50,059 bases of DNA. Origin: a virus (Duplodnaviria; Caudoviricetes). The translations under genes were made by a program, and so were the position numbers. The notes below the pieces were generated by a model, which was not told the origin of the DNA, ran no database searches, and saw only the letters and a list, made by a program, of their open reading frames with translations. Of the stretch, positions 7,884-17,580 are shown one piece after another (within the stretch, counting starts at the first letter, position 1; the number at the start of each line of letters is the position of its first letter). The DNA lies in the IMG/VR virus record IMGVR_UViG_3300011416_000002, positions 1-50,059 of that record. The stretch is one strand, 5' to 3'.

Positions 7884-9318
7884 GTTCAACCCGAACCCCG
7901 TCCAAAGAAACTTCATAGAAAGCCGCGCCCGAGCGGACCTCTTCTCCAGCCGCATGGGAGAAGGAAAGTCCACCGCCATCGCATGGGCCTCCCTCTACCA
8001 CACGCGCCACAACCCCGGCGCGACCTGGGCGATCATCCGCGATACCTTTGAGAACATCGTTGGCACAACCCAGAAAACTTTCTTCCAGTGGTTCCCCCCT
8101 GGTGTCTATGGTTCCTACAACGCTTCCAAGAAGACCTTCACCTGGGCAGAGGGTGTCGCCAAGGGCGACGTGGTCTTCATGGGAATGGACGACCAGAATG
8201 ACGCCACCAAGCTCATGTCCCGCGAACTGGCTGGCTTTGCGATAGACGAACCCGCTCCCGCCGTCGGATCGGCCGGTGTCGATGAGATGATCTTCGATAT
8301 CGCCCTCTCCCGCTTGAGGCAGCCCGGCATGAACTGGTACTGCGCCAAGCTCGCGGAGAACAACCCAGACGAAGCCCACTGGACCTACACGCGGTTCGTC
8401 CGCGATCCCGACCCCGACTTCCGGGTGTGGCAACCGGCCATGCCTGAGAACATCATGCACCTCCCGAAGGAATACTACGCCGGCCTCCGGAAGACATGGC
8501 GCCACCGCCCCGACCTGATCCGGCGTTTCGTCGATGGTGAGTTCGGCTTCCAGATCGAAGGTAAGGCGGTGACCCCGCAGTGGTCCGAGAAAATCCATCT
8601 GACCCTTGGCCTAACCCCGATCCCTCGGCTGGAAGCAATCATGCTCTGGGACTTCGGCCATAACCCGACATGCATAATCACGCAGCGCACGCCAATGGGC
8701 CAGTGGTACATCCTCGACAGCTTTGTTGGCGAAGGGATCGGTGTTGCGGAACTCATTAACGACGTGGTGAAGCCGGTCATCATTGAGCGCTACAAGCCCG
8801 AGCACATTACCTTCCGGCACATCGGTGACCCCGCTGGTCTCACCGGTGAGCAGACCTCCGTTCATCGGAGCGCTGTCCGTGAGTTGCGGAAGGAACTCGG
8901 CGGTGCCTGGAGGTCTGGCCCCGTCAAGGTCCTGGAACGCATCGAGCCGCTTCGTGCCGTCCTTGCGAAGACTGTCGGAGGCAGGGGCCTCGTCCAGGTA
9001 GACCGCGACCGGGCTCCCCATGTCTGGCACGCTCTCCGTGGAGGATGGCACTTCAATATCGCTCATACCGGCCTCGTCTCGACTGTGCCTAAGAAGAACA
9101 TCCACTCCCATCCCGGAGATGCGATGGGCTACGGAGCCGCTGTCCTTTTCCCGCTGGGTAAGGTACAAGGAAGGATCGCATCGAACGCAGCTATCGACAA
9201 CCGGGCCAAGGGCGGATACTTTAGCCGAGGATCGAATAACGCAGCCGATGCCCTATTCAGGATCGGCAAGCCCGTCCCACCTGGGACGGTGAAACACGGA
9301 TCGAAGTTGGGAGCCTAA
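7858..9318 (+). CDS. terL: terminase large subunit
   Basis: Walker A SRMGEGKS, Walker B FAIDE, coupling motif ENNP, nuclease WDFG and HSHPGDAMGY. Confidence 0.92.
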   Translation: MAQTVHRTEFNPNPVQRNFIESRARADLFSSRMGEGKSTAIAWASLYHTRHNPGATWAIIRDTFENIVGTTQKTFFQWFPPGVYGSYNASKKTFTWAEGVAKGDVVFMGMDDQNDATKLMSRELAGFAIDEPAPAVGSAGVDEMIFDIALSRLRQPGMNWYCAKLAENNPDEAHWTYTRFVRDPDPDFRVWQPAMPENIMHLPKEYYAGLRKTWRHRPDLIRRFVDGEFGFQIEGKAVTPQWSEKIHLTLGLTPIPRLEAIMLWDFGHNPTCIITQRTPMGQWYILDSFVGEGIGVAELINDVVKPVIIERYKPEHITFRHIGDPAGLTGEQTSVHRSAVRELRKELGGAWRSGPVKVLERIEPLRAVLAKTVGGRGLVQVDRDRAPHVWHALRGGWHFNIAHTGLVSTVPKKNIHSHPGDAMGYGAAVLFPLGKVQGRIASNAAIDNRAKGGYFSRGSNNAADALFRIGKPVPPGTVKHGSKLGA

Positions 9319-9319
9319 G

Positions 9320-9700
9320 ATGGCAGACGGCGCAACTACACCAGCAGTTACCCTCGTGAAGACCGATGACGGTTATGCCGTCGCCACTTGGTCCGGCGCC
9401 CTGAACGGCCTCGCGACCGGAGTGAAGGCTTCGATGGGCAGCGTGAGAGGATTGTCTGTCCAGGTGGACGGCACCTTCGGCTCCGCCACGGCGGTCCTCC
9501 AGGGCTCCAACGATGGCACCAACTTCGTCACCTGTCGCCTCGCTCGACAGGTTGCCGCAGCCGGGGTCAACGATGCCGCGTCCTTTACCGCTGCCGGGGC
9601 TGGCCGCGTCCTCGATGACATGTTCCGCTACTACCGCCTTTCGACCTCTGGGGGCACCAGCACCGCAGTTGTGATGACCCTGGTGGGCCTCCGCGCCTAA
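9320..9700 (+). CDS. hypothetical virion-associated beta-sandwich protein
   Basis: SVQVDGTFG.ATAVLQGSNDG motif; GGAG SD; between terL and portal. Confidence 0.7.
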   Translation: MADGATTPAVTLVKTDDGYAVATWSGALNGLATGVKASMGSVRGLSVQVDGTFGSATAVLQGSNDGTNFVTCRLARQVAAAGVNDAASFTAAGAGRVLDDMFRYYRLSTSGGTSTAVVMTLVGLRA

Positions 9701-9712
9701 CAGGAGTGAACC

Positions 9713-11554
9713 GTGGCCTACAGTGCACCGGAACCAGCCTCTACAATCGTAACTGGCGGCCCGACCGACGATAACGCTCGTCAGATCGTTCCTGTCCTCC
9801 AAGGCTACCTCCAGGAGGCCCAGTCCGCCCGCCGTGGTGGATTGAACAACCGCGACGACAAGTGGGAGGAGAACCTCCACCTCTACTGGAACCGCTACGA
9901 CATGGCCGGCAAAGCCGGCTGGCAGGCCCAGGAAACCCTCCCCGAAATCCCCGCCTTCGTAGACCGCTTCGCAGCCGCTTTGAAGGAAGCGCTCGTCACC
10001 GGCCCAACCGGTTTCTATACGGTGGTCGATCCCGCCGACCGCGAGGGGGACGTTACATCCGCCGTGAAGCGCATGACCGACGTATGGCTGTCGGTCGCTG
10101 GAAGGAACCAAACGGGTACCTGCCTGGGGTTCCCCGCCGTCTTCGAGGAACAGTGCAAGATGGGAGCCATCATGGCGATGTGCTCCTCGGTCTGCTGGAG
10201 GGACGATCACGGCTACGGGAGGGTCGCTATCGAGACAGTGGACCCGCGTAAGGTGTGGCTCGATCCAACCTACCGCAATCTCTACCGGGTCCGGCGCACG
10301 GAACTCGATAAGCATGAGCTGCGTGATATGGCGCTCATGAAGGACAAGAAGGGCTCGTCGATTTACAACCTGGATGCCGTCGATCAGATGGTGTCGCATA
10401 TCGACGGAGAAGCCCGCCGCCGACAGGAAGAAGCTTCGGGCCATGGAGCCGACCTCTCCTCTACCCGCCAGCCCATCGTGATGGATGAATACATTGCGAC
10501 CGTCGTGGCTCCCAACGGAGATGTCCTCGCCAAGGACGCCCTTATGGTCGTGGGGAACGAGCAGTTCCTCATCCGAGGCCCGGAGGCAAATCCCTACTGG
10601 CACAAGAAGGACTGGATGGTCTATGCGCCCCTGGTGAGCGCACCCTTCTCCGTCTACGGCCGCACTTACATGGAAGACTTCGGCTCCGTGGCCAAGGTCT
10701 TCAACAATCTGACGAACCTGATCCTGGACGCGGTCCAGATGTCCTCGATGAAGGCGTTCGTCGTCGTTCCGAGTTACCTTCTGAACCCGGAACAGATTGC
10801 CGGTGGGATTACTCCCAACATGCTCCTCCAAGCAGAGGACGGTGTCCCGGCTTCCGACGTGCTCCAAGCGGTGGACCTCGGCCAGCTTCCTCCGGAGAGC
10901 ATGCAAATCTGGTCCGCCATGAAGAACGAACTGCGTGAAGCGGCGGACATCAATGAGGTAGGGCTTGGCCAATTCGCGCCAAAGGCCCGCACATCTGCGA
11001 CCGAAGTCTCTCAGACGCAAGAGAGTTCCAGCGCCCTCATCCGTTCGATTGCGCAGACCATCGAGAGCCGTTGGCTCAATCCGACGCTCGATCTGGTGTG
11101 GAAGTGCGGCCTCCAGCATGTGAAACCCACCGACACGATGGTCGCTAACGCCTGCGGACAGGAACTGTTCAGCGCTCTGATGAAGCGCCGACGCGAGCTG
11201 ATTGCGCGGCCCATCACGTTCCAGGCGCAGGGCATCTCTACTCTGATCCAGAAGAACCGCATGCTGAAAGCTTTGCTTCAGCTTATGCAATACTTGGCCC
11301 AATCTAAGGAACTCCTCGCCGCTTTCATGCAAACCGCTGACATGAACAAGCTGGTCAAGCTGCTTTTCCAGCTCTCTGACGTAGATATGGAAAAGATTTC
11401 GATCTCGGAACGTGACAAAGTGATGCAGTCGGTGATGGGTCAGTTCCAGCAGGCCCAGCAAATGCAGCAGGGAGCTGGCCCGGTCCAGCCCGGTGCCGGC
11501 TCGATCCGCGAGATGGCCGACATCGCCAAGACGATGGGAATAAATCGCCAATGA
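9713..11554 (+). CDS. portal protein (P22/podovirus-like)
   Basis: 613 aa after TerL; VDP..VWLDP, YGRTY, RTSATEV motifs; Q-rich C-terminus. Confidence 0.85.
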   Translation: MAYSAPEPASTIVTGGPTDDNARQIVPVLQGYLQEAQSARRGGLNNRDDKWEENLHLYWNRYDMAGKAGWQAQETLPEIPAFVDRFAAALKEALVTGPTGFYTVVDPADREGDVTSAVKRMTDVWLSVAGRNQTGTCLGFPAVFEEQCKMGAIMAMCSSVCWRDDHGYGRVAIETVDPRKVWLDPTYRNLYRVRRTELDKHELRDMALMKDKKGSSIYNLDAVDQMVSHIDGEARRRQEEASGHGADLSSTRQPIVMDEYIATVVAPNGDVLAKDALMVVGNEQFLIRGPEANPYWHKKDWMVYAPLVSAPFSVYGRTYMEDFGSVAKVFNNLTNLILDAVQMSSMKAFVVVPSYLLNPEQIAGGITPNMLLQAEDGVPASDVLQAVDLGQLPPESMQIWSAMKNELREAADINEVGLGQFAPKARTSATEVSQTQESSSALIRSIAQTIESRWLNPTLDLVWKCGLQHVKPTDTMVANACGQELFSALMKRRRELIARPITFQAQGISTLIQKNRMLKALLQLMQYLAQSKELLAAFMQTADMNKLVKLLFQLSDVDMEKISISERDKVMQSVMGQFQQAQQMQQGAGPVQPGAGSIREMADIAKTMGINRQ

Positions 11555-11808
11555 AAATGGTCCAAGTAGAGAGCGCAGTGATGGAACTGCCGGTCCTCGG
11601 AGCGGCTGAGCCTTACCTGATCGCGGAACTCGACAAAGGAAAGCACCGGATCGTTCAACGGGCACTCAATTCCTCCACCGATGGCATCCTTACACCCGAC
11701 CTGGCACTCCAACTGTGGGCCGAGTACATCGCCGTGGAACGATTGCATAGGGGAATGGTGACCCGGCGCAAGCTGGCAGCCGCAGAAGCCACTAGATTTC
11801 CTGGTTGA
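11551..11808 (+). CDS. small hypothetical protein between portal and scaffold
   Basis: ATGA coupling to portal; usual podovirus position. Confidence 0.7.
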   Translation: MKMVQVESAVMELPVLGAAEPYLIAELDKGKHRIVQRALNSSTDGILTPDLALQLWAEYIAVERLHRGMVTRRKLAAAEATRFPG

Positions 11809-11834
11809 CGCCCCCACACGGAACCGCCTATCCT
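11805..11834 (+). promoter_or_regulatory. putative sigma70-type promoter for scaffold gene
   Basis: TTGACG-18 nt-TATCCT. Confidence 0.4.
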
Positions 11835-11867
11835 TCGCCTTTCGCAACCTAACGACGGGAACACCCT

Positions 11868-12656
11868 ATGGCACGTAAGAAAGCCCCTGTAGAGCCTGCC
11901 GCCGACGACATCTTCGCCCATTTCGAGCGCCACGGCCGCTCTTTGAATGGCCCCGATGAGGCCCCAGTGAAGCAAGATAACGCTCAAACCGAGCTTCTGG
12001 CCCGCTTAGCGGCTCTGGAACAGCAGAACACGACGCTCCAGGACCAAATCCGCCGCTCCACCCTGTATGGAACGCCTACTCAGACCCCCGATCCTCGGGG
12101 ACAGGTGACCTACAAGGACATCAAGCCGGACTTCAGCGGCATTCCGAGCCAGATTGAAGACCCCGAGGGCTTCTCCCGCGCCCTTGCAGAGCGCACCACC
12201 ACCGCATTCGAGGCCCGAGAGGCAGCCCGCGAGCAGCACCAGCGGGAACAGGCCGAAAGGTCGGCCGCCGCGACCGGCATGTGGGAAGCCTTCTCCAACG
12301 CCTACCCCGATTGGAAGCCCCACGAGGATGTGGTTGAGACCGTCTCTGGGAAGGTAGCCGAGCGCGCCAAGGCCGCTGGCATGGATATGCAGAAATACTT
12401 CGGCGCTTCCCGCGACCTCTTCTTCGCAGATGTAGCCGCCGAACTTCAGAAGAAGTATGGCAAGCTCATCGAGGCGGATGATGGAACTCCCGCTCCCGCT
12501 GCTAAGCGCCGCGACGAGAATGAGGATGAAGGCCGCACTGCCGGCATCTTCGGAGGAAACGAGACAGGTGGAAAGCCAACGGCGGCTTCCGGCCAGGCAC
12601 GTCCTGGGATGCTGGAAGACCTTCAGGCTCTCCAAAAGAAGATGGGGCTTTTCTAA
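11868..12656 (+). CDS. capsid scaffolding protein
   Basis: charged, helical/coiled-coil, between portal and MCP. Confidence 0.7.
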   Translation: MARKKAPVEPAADDIFAHFERHGRSLNGPDEAPVKQDNAQTELLARLAALEQQNTTLQDQIRRSTLYGTPTQTPDPRGQVTYKDIKPDFSGIPSQIEDPEGFSRALAERTTTAFEAREAAREQHQREQAERSAAATGMWEAFSNAYPDWKPHEDVVETVSGKVAERAKAAGMDMQKYFGASRDLFFADVAAELQKKYGKLIEADDGTPAPAAKRRDENEDEGRTAGIFGGNETGGKPTAASGQARPGMLEDLQALQKKMGLF

Positions 12657-12864
12657 ACGAGCTGCGCCTGCCGGTGTCCCTTTCCACCGTGCGGCCAGAG
12701 GAGGGGTCCCGCTCCCCGTCCGGGACCCCTCCGCCCTTTCGATGTAACCTTGAGGCATCTTTATAGGCTCTAATGTTGCTTCAAGACGCCTTTTGGGAGG
12801 ACCTGATCCAATGCTCAGACGCCAGGGATAAAGGCGCCCCATAGCTTAATGGGGCCTCCCGCCC

Positions 12865-12949
12865 GCCAGGGTAGCTCAAAGATAGAGCGCCGGTCTAGTC
12901 TGACGACTAGGAATGCCGGAAGATGGAGGTTCGAACCCTCCCCCTGGCC
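12865..12949 (+). ncRNA. tRNA-like RNA with hairpin-expanded anticodon arm
   Basis: acceptor GCCAGGG/CCCTGGC, TA, D arm GCTC/GAGC, anticodon stem CCGGT/GCCGG enclosing 20 nt, variable AAGAT, T arm GGAGG-TTCGAAC-CCTCC; no encoded CCA. Confidence 0.8.
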
Positions 12950-12951
12950 CC

Positions 12952-12991
12952 TTATTTTTTTATTGACACCCCCTATTGAACAATGTACAGA
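12952..12991 (+). promoter_or_regulatory. putative sigma70-type promoter for major capsid gene
   Basis: T-tract (UP-like), TTGACA (12963)-17 nt-TACAGA (12986). Confidence 0.55.
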
Positions 12992-13043
12992 AGCCCGTAA
13001 GTCGGACGGGGAAACGAAATCCGGCACCCAAGGGGGAACCGCA

Positions 13044-13970
13044 ATGTCTTGGACATTTGACGCGCCGACCGGCACCTATCGGAACCACGCTCTGTCGAGC
13101 GACATCCGCCGCGAGGCTATCGCAGACACCCAGTTTATGAAGTTCTTCCGTGCCGAGCCCGGCTTCGGTAAGAAGAAGGGTGACACTGTCACGATCACTC
13201 GCATCATGAAGCTCCCGCTGGCAAGCCGCGTGAGTGAGACTGATGCATCGCTCCCGAGCGGCCGTCCGGCCATCGAGACCAAGTCGGTCTCTGTGAGCCA
13301 GTGGGGATACAAAATTCCCATCACGGAGTTCGAGCAGCACTTGACGCACTTCAACATCATGGACCCGTTCCAGCAGGCCCTTCGGGACCAGATTTCGCTG
13401 ACCATGGACAAGATGTGCGCCGACGCTCTCCAGCTCACGCCGTACAAGTACACCCCACTCTCGACTGGTGGTGAGTTCGTCACGGACGGCTCCGCTGACA
13501 GCCTCTCCGACCGCAACCTGGAAATCCAGGACCTCCGGCGCCTTCATGATCGCCTCCACGGCACGCTCAAGTGCCCCAAGTTCAAGAACGGCCGTTACAT
13601 CGGCATCCTGAGCACCAGGGCGGCCCGAGGCATCAAGAACGACCCGGAGTTCAAGGATTGGATGGCTCCTTCTACGAAGGACCCGCTGATCAGTGGCAAG
13701 CTCTACGATGTGGAGGGCTTCACCCTCTACGAGACCAACCACACCGACGCGCTGTCGGACCTGATCGGCAACTCCACCACGACTGGTGAGGCCATCTTCT
13801 TCGGCGCCGACGCTGGTGGCCTTGTGAAGATTATGGACCCCGAGCTGCGGGCTGGTATGCCCGAGGAGCTGGGTACCCGCCGCGAGATCGGCTGGGTCGG
13901 GACTGTCGAGGCGTTCCTCGTCTGGGAGCGTCCCACGCAGGCCCGCGTGATCCACCTGGCGTCAACGTAA
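13044..13970 (+). CDS. major capsid protein (HK97 fold, N4-gp56/P22-coat-like)
   Basis: GKKKGDTVTI, LSETD..P, G.LYDVEGF..YET motifs; position after scaffold; strongly biased codons. Confidence 0.88.
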   Translation: MSWTFDAPTGTYRNHALSSDIRREAIADTQFMKFFRAEPGFGKKKGDTVTITRIMKLPLASRVSETDASLPSGRPAIETKSVSVSQWGYKIPITEFEQHLTHFNIMDPFQQALRDQISLTMDKMCADALQLTPYKYTPLSTGGEFVTDGSADSLSDRNLEIQDLRRLHDRLHGTLKCPKFKNGRYIGILSTRAARGIKNDPEFKDWMAPSTKDPLISGKLYDVEGFTLYETNHTDALSDLIGNSTTTGEAIFFGADAGGLVKIMDPELRAGMPEELGTRREIGWVGTVEAFLVWERPTQARVIHLAST

Positions 13971-14002
13971 TCGGTGACCGGAACCCATAGGGAGTAACGC
14001 AA

Positions 14003-14575
14003 ATGCATGTCGATATGAGGAAGGTCGTTATCGTCTCGGCAGCCGACACGCCGAACATCGATAGCGCCGGTGCAGTAGCCGAGTTCATCCCGGTCCTGCC
14101 CTTCGTAGTCACGCGGGTCGGTATCCTGGTCACCACAGCGGTTGACCCGGACAACTCGGTCGCGCTGACTGCTGAGATGGAGCGCCGGATCACGGTCGGC
14201 TCCGCCACCAATGCCGTCACGCTGGGCACCTTCAAGATCATGGCCGCAGCGGCCACCAACCTCGCGGTTGGCCAGATCGTGTACAAGGACCTGCACATCG
14301 ATGACGAGGACGGCGAGGAGCCCGAGGACTACGATGCGGATACCTCTCGTGCGAACCGCAACGAGGCCCCGTCTTCGAACATCACGCTTCACGCAACGGG
14401 CCTCCACCCGTTCCTGATCCCGGCTGGTCAGAGCTTCGCACTGACCCTGGACACGAACGCCGAGGCAGACAGCGGTGCGGTCATGAGCTTCATCGAGGGC
14501 TACTACCTGCCCCTGATGGATCACCTGGCCGATGTTGATCCGCTGATGCGCGACACGACGAACGACATAAGCTAA
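14003..14575 (+). CDS. putative capsid decoration/virion protein
   Basis: follows MCP, GGGAG SD, beta-rich. Confidence 0.6.
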   Translation: MHVDMRKVVIVSAADTPNIDSAGAVAEFIPVLPFVVTRVGILVTTAVDPDNSVALTAEMERRITVGSATNAVTLGTFKIMAAAATNLAVGQIVYKDLHIDDEDGEEPEDYDADTSRANRNEAPSSNITLHATGLHPFLIPAGQSFALTLDTNAEADSGAVMSFIEGYYLPLMDHLADVDPLMRDTTNDIS

Positions 14576-14583
14576 CCGAGAGT

Positions 14584-14610
14584 GGGGTCCTCTAGAGGAC
14601 CCCCTTCTCC
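14584..14610 (+). terminator. palindromic hairpin / probable terminator
   Basis: perfect 20-bp palindrome GGGGTCCTCTAGAGGACCCC followed by pyrimidines. Confidence 0.55.
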
Positions 14611-14637
14611 CATAATTCTAACAAGGGAAGCTCGACC

Positions 14638-15417
14638 ATGGCACTCTACGGCGCATTCTCCAGGCACAAGCACCTCGACGAGCTTGATGATCCCATCGAT
14701 GTAGGTGGCGACATCAAGACCCCGGCCGAGCGCGCTGCCCTCTGCCTTTCCAATCTCGCTCGTACCGCGATGACCGCTGCACAGCTCGCCGCTGTAGCTG
14801 CCGTTACGCCGGGTACGGTCACCGCCTCCAAGGCAGTGGTTGTGGACGCCAACGGCGACGTGGACACTCTCGGTGTTAACGTCCTGAAGTCCCCGGCCGC
14901 CACGGTTGGTACTCCGGGCGCCCTGTGTACCGCAGTCGAGCACGGCGACGGCACCTTCCACACCACCGTCCTGACCCTGACCGACTTCGCGGTCGGCACC
15001 GGCGACGACGATGTGGACCTCGCAATCGGTGCGGTCTGCTACACCTTCCCGGCCGGCGCTATCGCCATCCTTGGTGGCGCTGTCGAAGGCATCTTCTCGC
15101 AGGCTTCCGCTGGCGTCTCTACGGATGGTGAGGTCGGCCTCGGAACCGCAGTCGCAGCGGGCGCTACCTCGGTCCTGTCCGGAACCCCCGCTTTCGAAGA
15201 TGTCATGAACGGCATCCCCTACACCAACATCACGCTGGGGACCACCCGCTTCACTGGCGCCGCTTCTCCGACTGCTCCGGTTTGGACCGTCATCCCGGCA
15301 GCTACGGCAACCCGCGATGTCTACCTGAACCTGGCCGCTGACTGGCCCAACATCGCAGCGGCCGAAGCGGTGACCTTCACTGGCACCGTCACGATCCGCT
15401 GGATGCTGATTGACTAA
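14638..15417 (+). CDS. putative virion structural protein (head fibre/decoration)
   Basis: A/G/T/V-rich; GTVTASKAVVVDAN motif typical of fibre proteins. Confidence 0.6.
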   Translation: MALYGAFSRHKHLDELDDPIDVGGDIKTPAERAALCLSNLARTAMTAAQLAAVAAVTPGTVTASKAVVVDANGDVDTLGVNVLKSPAATVGTPGALCTAVEHGDGTFHTTVLTLTDFAVGTGDDDVDLAIGAVCYTFPAGAIAILGGAVEGIFSQASAGVSTDGEVGLGTAVAAGATSVLSGTPAFEDVMNGIPYTNITLGTTRFTGAASPTAPVWTVIPAATATRDVYLNLAADWPNIAAAEAVTFTGTVTIRWMLID

Positions 15418-15442
15418 GACTGACGATTTCTACTGGACTGCC

Positions 15443-15471
15443 GAAGGGGCTGCCGTTATGGTGGCCCCTTC
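15443..15471 (+). terminator. intergenic hairpin / probable terminator
   Basis: GAAGGGGCTGCC-gttat-GGTGGCCCCTTC. Confidence 0.55.
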
Positions 15472-15491
15472 ACCATTAACGGGGAACCCCA

Positions 15492-16007
15492 ATGGCCAAA
15501 TCTAACATCGATGAAAACCGCCCGACGATCATCCGCTTCGTGCCGGACCTCGGCATGGAAATCTACATGTACAAGGATGATCCCGGCGTCTTCCTGAATG
15601 CCTACGGAACACCAGTACATCCGGACCTCGCCCGGAAGGCTGGCTACGATGTTGACAAGTATCTCAAGGTGAAACAGCGCCGCGACCTAATGTCGCAGGC
15701 CGCCTCTGAGATCGAGAGACGCCTCGCCCTTGAAGCCTCCCAACCAGGGTCCAGGAATGTTATAAAGGAGAGAGACGGGTTCCGTTTGGTGCAGATCGGC
15801 AATGGCCGCTGCGTCGTGGAGGACCCCGATGGCACAGTTCTCACCGGGAATGCGGTCATCAATCTGGATGCCGCTTCCAGCCTCTTCGAGGTCCTGGTGC
15901 CACAGAAAGTCGTTCCGGATGAGGTCCCCATTCAGGAAGCTGTTCCTGCCGGAGACCTACCCGGAGGAGGAGACGTGGGTAGACCTTCCGGGTCCCGGAA
16001 AAAGTGA
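15492..16007 (+). CDS. hypothetical protein
   Basis: clean ORF in late operon with GGGGAACC upstream. Confidence 0.75.
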   Translation: MAKSNIDENRPTIIRFVPDLGMEIYMYKDDPGVFLNAYGTPVHPDLARKAGYDVDKYLKVKQRRDLMSQAASEIERRLALEASQPGSRNVIKERDGFRLVQIGNGRCVVEDPDGTVLTGNAVINLDAASSLFEVLVPQKVVPDEVPIQEAVPAGDLPGGGDVGRPSGSRKK

Positions 16008-16020
16008 GACGGAGTGACCG

Positions 16021-16752
16021 ATGGCAACCTACGGCGAACTGCAAACCCGCGTACAGCAGATCATCATAGACCTGCCATCCTCCGTGACGGCCCAGGTTCC
16101 GACCCTCGTGAAAGAGGCGGTCCGCGAGCTTCAGAAGAAGCACAACTTCAAAGTCATGGAAGCCCTCTCCAGCTTCACGACCGTCGCTGAGACCCGTGAG
16201 CTGGGCGACGTGCCTTCCAACTTCAAGGAGTTCCGGAACCGCCCCTACGAGCTGCTCTCGACCGGCTTCCACCGGGAACTCCAGATCGCGACCGACCGCA
16301 AGGTGGCCGAGGAGACCTGGGGTTCCGCCGATGCCGAAGCTGAGGCCGAGACCCTCATGGGGCAGCCCGAGATGATCCTCATGGGGGAACCATCGGATGA
16401 CGATGGCACCATGGTCTATGAGGTCTTCCCCTACTCAGATAGCGCCTCCCTGTGGGAGGACAGCGACGCCGGTGAGTACCGCGTTCGCATCCCCTACTGG
16501 AAGTACCTGACCGTCCTCTCCGCCAGCGATGACACCAACTGGTTCACCGTCAACGCGGACACCTATATCGTCTACAAGGCCGCTTCCGAGGGCTTCTTCG
16601 ATAACTGGGACGAGGAACGGGGAACCCTCTGGCTACAGAAAGCCCAGGCCCAGTGGACCGAGGTCCTGAACGCCGATAAGCGGCTCCGCCTCTCCGGCGT
16701 GACGCACCTGGTTCCGAACCCCGATGCAAGGCGGCCCCGGCCTATTCGCTGA
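16021..16752 (+). CDS. head-tail adaptor protein
   Basis: MATYGELQTRV start, VFPYSD, DTNWF..NAD.YIVY motifs of podovirus adaptors. Confidence 0.7.
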   Translation: MATYGELQTRVQQIIIDLPSSVTAQVPTLVKEAVRELQKKHNFKVMEALSSFTTVAETRELGDVPSNFKEFRNRPYELLSTGFHRELQIATDRKVAEETWGSADAEAEAETLMGQPEMILMGEPSDDDGTMVYEVFPYSDSASLWEDSDAGEYRVRIPYWKYLTVLSASDDTNWFTVNADTYIVYKAASEGFFDNWDEERGTLWLQKAQAQWTEVLNADKRLRLSGVTHLVPNPDARRPRPIR

Positions 16753-16808
16753 TTTCTTTCTGACATGGTAATCTCCATGGACGTACTATACCTCCATGGG
16801 AGTTCCCG

Positions 16809-17576
16809 ATGGCTAGCCCGCCGTTTTCAATCGCTGAAACCGTACCGGCCGACGATGACGTAGCTGCCAACTTCCCGGCAGCCGAACGCACGTTCCGCGA
16901 TATCGTGGAGAGCTGGCTCCTGATTGAGCACAACACCTACGGCCTCCATGAGTTCGGTTTCTACACAACCGCCCAACGTGATGCCGAGACCAACTGGGCT
17001 CGCGGCTCCGTCTGCTACAACGCGACCCTGGACCAGTTCCAGATTGCCACGGCGGCGGACCCTGAGACCTGGCTCTCCATCGGACCGGAGTTCCGCACGG
17101 GAGGCCACATCAGGATGGCCTTCCAGCACACCAATGCGCCCACTGGTTGGACCAAGGTAACCGACATTGGATACAACGATGTCGTGATGCGCCTGGTGAC
17201 CGGGGTTCCTTCTGGGCAGACCACCGCTGCGAAGAACTTCTCGGACCTTCTCACGGCTCGCACCATCACCCAGGCGAACCTGCCGGCCGTCAACCTGGTG
17301 TCGTCCTCGCTGTCCGCCGCGTCGGTGTCGGTATCGTCGTCCTCGACCTCGATCAGCCACAACGCCGGCACGGTAACCGGTTCGAACGTGGCTGAGCAGA
17401 ACCCGAATGACGTTACGGTCGCCACTCCAAACGGGGCCGCATCCATCTCTGCTACTACGACCACCACCACGACAACTACAACCACGATCTCAGGGACCGT
17501 TCCCCTCGGTGGAAGTGGAACCGCCATGGACTTCGCGGTGAACTACCGCGACTTCATCCTAGCCGTTAAGGACTAA
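16809..17576 (+). CDS. short tail fibre / collar-domain protein
   Basis: MAFQHTNAPTGWTK and C-terminal DFAVNYRDFILAVKD motifs; S/T-rich. Confidence 0.7.
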   Translation: MASPPFSIAETVPADDDVAANFPAAERTFRDIVESWLLIEHNTYGLHEFGFYTTAQRDAETNWARGSVCYNATLDQFQIATAADPETWLSIGPEFRTGGHIRMAFQHTNAPTGWTKVTDIGYNDVVMRLVTGVPSGQTTAAKNFSDLLTARTITQANLPAVNLVSSSLSAASVSVSSSSTSISHNAGTVTGSNVAEQNPNDVTVATPNGAASISATTTTTTTTTTTISGTVPLGGSGTAMDFAVNYRDFILAVKD

Positions 17577-17580
17577 CTCA

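Noticed and set aside
9257-11665. 802-aa minus-strand ORF and similar long antisense ORFs (12960-13955, 7723-8598)
   Set aside because: Shadows of GC3-biased + strand portal, capsid and terminase genes; no motifs
12865-12949. Ordinary functional tRNA with assignable anticodon
   Set aside because: Anticodon loop is 20 nt with an internal hairpin; no unambiguous anticodon, so reported as tRNA-like only
12795-13030. Hammerhead ribozyme
   Set aside because: CTGATCCA does not match the CUGAnGA core, and stems do not place GAAA correctly
17452-17487. ACN trinucleotide run as a contingency repeat
   Set aside because: Encodes poly-Thr with mixed codons in a fibre protein; not a pure slippage tract
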